Of a stretch of DNA of 64,000 bases, positions 62,116 through 64,000 are shown in pieces (positions within the stretch are counted from its first letter, which is position 1; every line of letters begins with the position of its first letter). The notes below the pieces were generated by a model that did not search any database, was not told the DNA's origin, and was given only the letters and a program-made list of their open reading frames with translations. The position numbers and the translations under genes are program-made. The stretch lies in assembly GCA_964199315.1 (NCBI GenBank), contig OZ116701.1, positions 21,018,001-21,082,000 on the forward strand, written 5' to 3'. Source of the stretch: Orbicella franksi. Its lineage: Eukaryota.

Positions 62116-62147
62116 TCTAAGTGTATATTACTTTTTTTCCTTCACAG
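62116..62147 (+). promoter_or_regulatory. Branch point, polypyrimidine tract and 3' splice acceptor of a probable 5'UTR intron of the 62167 GPCR
   Basis: tctaag..ctttttttccttcacag|aattt, 19 nt before accATG; candidate donor aat|gtaagtag at 60753 after a CpG-rich stretch. Confidence 0.65.
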
Positions 62148-62166
62148 AATTTAAGCTCGAGGAACC

Positions 62167-63282
62167 ATGTATCCTACCACGACGAATCTAACTGAAAGCA
62201 TATCACCAGATCCCTGGCTGACCGAGCTGTCTGTTGGTGAGCTTGTGGCCTGGTGCCTACCTTGTGGCTTTGCTGCTATTGCTGCCATATTTGGCAATAC
62301 ATTGGTGCTTGCTTCGTTCTTCATGTCTTCCAATCTCCGTCACCACGTGACTTTCTTTGTGGCTGGTTTAGCTATAGCTGATGTATTGGTGGGGCTGCTT
62401 TCTATTCCAATGTGGATGTACATGTTATATTTGGCTTGGAAAGGTAACAGTACTTCCGGAAATACCAAGATAACCATAATTTATGACGTCCTGGATGTTT
62501 TTGCCGCGTTAAACTCCATTTTTCATTTGACTGCAATAAGTATCGAGCGGTTCTTTGCAACAGTTTACCCGTGGAGACATCGAAGAGCCACGCAAAGGAT
62601 GTACCATGTCTTCTTACTGGGAATTTGGATTACTTCCGCTCTTGTTTCCAGCTCTTTCTTTCTGCCAGTCAGCAAACCAACCATAGATTTTCGTTTCTAT
62701 CTAATTAACATTCTGTTTGTGATACCGCTGTTGATAATGTCTGTGACTTACACTGGTATCTGGTTCAAAGCCAAAACTCGCCTCAGGAAAGCCCCGGATA
62801 CAGCTTTAAAGACGTCCCTCACCTTGTTCATTGTCATTGGTTTATTTTTTGTTGCCTGGTTACCATTTTTCGTGGTTCGCGCGGTACTTCATTTCTGTAG
62901 ACACTATTGTGTCTCGTGGAGAATCTTTTACTTTACCAAGTTGCTTCATTTTAGTAACTCTGCAGTTAATCCACTGGTATACGGCTTACGCATTCCAGAA
63001 TACAGAGACACTTTCTTCAAACTTCTCGGACTCAAGTATATGATTCCTGCACGTGATTCTATCGAGTTGGATAGCCTCGCTGTAAAAAATTCTCCGCGAA
63101 GCTTTGGAGATAACGCTAACGGTTTTGTGGATACTCATGGCAACAACCACAAAGTAACACGGCTAGCTGAAGACAACTGCGCCAGACGAGCCAGCCTTCC
63201 CGCCATAACCGTAACAACGCCATCTGAAGTCGTAACTAGAAGTAAATCCCAAGATTTAATTCCTAGTCGAGCAATACTTTAG
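62167..63282 (+). CDS. Class A GPCR, aminergic/adenosine-receptor-like, 371 aa, intron-free CDS
   Basis: GN, LAIAD (D2.50), D3.32, ISIERFF, W4.50, FVIP, AWLPFF, ECL3 CRHYC, KLLHFSNSAVNPLVY; very short ICL3; Ser/Thr-rich tail (RRASLP). Confidence 0.95.
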   Translation: MYPTTTNLTESISPDPWLTELSVGELVAWCLPCGFAAIAAIFGNTLVLASFFMSSNLRHHVTFFVAGLAIADVLVGLLSIPMWMYMLYLAWKGNSTSGNTKITIIYDVLDVFAALNSIFHLTAISIERFFATVYPWRHRRATQRMYHVFLLGIWITSALVSSSFFLPVSKPTIDFRFYLINILFVIPLLIMSVTYTGIWFKAKTRLRKAPDTALKTSLTLFIVIGLFFVAWLPFFVVRAVLHFCRHYCVSWRIFYFTKLLHFSNSAVNPLVYGLRIPEYRDTFFKLLGLKYMIPARDSIELDSLAVKNSPRSFGDNANGFVDTHGNNHKVTRLAEDNCARRASLPAITVTTPSEVVTRSKSQDLIPSRAIL

Positions 63283-63295
63283 TCAGATTATTAAT

Positions 63296-63333
63296 TTAAC
63301 GCATTCTTAACGCATTCTTAATGCATTCTTAAC
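63296..63333. repeat. 11-bp tandem repeat x3.5 in the presumed 3'UTR
   Basis: ttaacgcattc ttaacgcattc ttaatgcattc ttaac. Confidence 0.9.
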
Positions 63334-64000
63334 TAGCTGGATCGATCACGAAGCAGTTTAAAACTACTTTCACTTCCACATTGAATACATCACTTGAGAG
63401 TAATACTTACAGTGTACGGATAAAAAGGTGATCATTCAAACGTCATACAATTAACATATTATCGTGTATAAGCCACATGCATGGCCTTGATTAGATCGTA
63501 CGATATGGTTTGGAGCGAAAGCAGAAATCAGGAGCGGGGGGCTGGCAGCTACCTTTGATCTCGCCGCTTTTCTGGTTTCTATGTTCGCCCCAGTAAAGAA
63601 ATCTGTCAATCATTTGAGAACCGTAGCCGGCATGCACAGATCGCGAACATAACACGGAACCGCAACATGTTTCGCCGCCACTTCTGTGCAGGATTTGCCT
63701 TCGATTCGATATTTTTTTATTCGCTCTTAGTACTTTGTAGCAACAGTTCTGAGACAATCAGGACTAAGGGAATGACGGCCAACTTTGTGTCAGATTAGCG
63801 ACAAGTTTCAGGCTGATATTTTCCTGCTGAGCTTAAGTGAATTTCACATTCTTGGTTGCTGTATCAGGAAGATAACTATTGTATTCTGTTTTTATTTTGC
63901 CGTGGAAATTCTAAAGTTCATTAACTTAACTCCCATTTTCACACCGACGAAAGAGAAGACTTCCTTTGCAATTATTCTTCTCTAATTTCTGTGCAAAATA

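Noticed and set aside
2489-63043. Short ORFs overlapping real coding regions (2489-2695, 9068-9283, 8600-8782, 41113-41376, 41204-41494, 62151-62333, 62831-63043)
   Set aside because: Antisense or off-frame shadows with no motifs.
39-63985. The remaining 60-125 aa ORFs in the track
   Set aside because: Lengths are as expected by chance, many use non-ATG starts, many fall within MITEs, and none shows a recognisable domain.

Overview
Eukaryotic, AT-rich, repeat-dense genomic DNA, most likely from a cnidarian (stony coral). The taxon call is an inference from the receptor type and from repeat families I recall from coral genomes; it was not verified by search. The only supportable protein-coding content is a dispersed cluster of four related class A (rhodopsin-like), aminergic/adenosine-receptor-like GPCR loci with intron-free CDS: two intact on the minus strand (2290-3267, 8779-9879), one stop-disrupted, TM6-7-less pseudogene (38212-38859, +) and one intact on the plus strand (62167-63282). 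Each has a 3' splice site 17-32 nt before its ATG. The rest is mobile-element debris: a 5'-truncated Penelope-like element with inverted terminal repeats carrying minimal hammerhead motifs, a solo hammerhead-like motif, a 251-bp tRNA-containing unit with Penelope-like architecture, a 5S-rRNA-derived sequence with a remodelled 3' hairpin, a Helentron/HINE-like element apparently nested in a Gypsy LTR relic, LINE RT fragments, and many MITEs and palindromes. The strongest candidates for an undescribed system are the tRNA-bearing circularly permuted retroelement (19.4-19.7 kb) and the receptor family's unusual pocket signature (D3.32 plus basic 7.39, no TM3-ECL2 disulfide). No CRISPR array or prokaryotic system is present.
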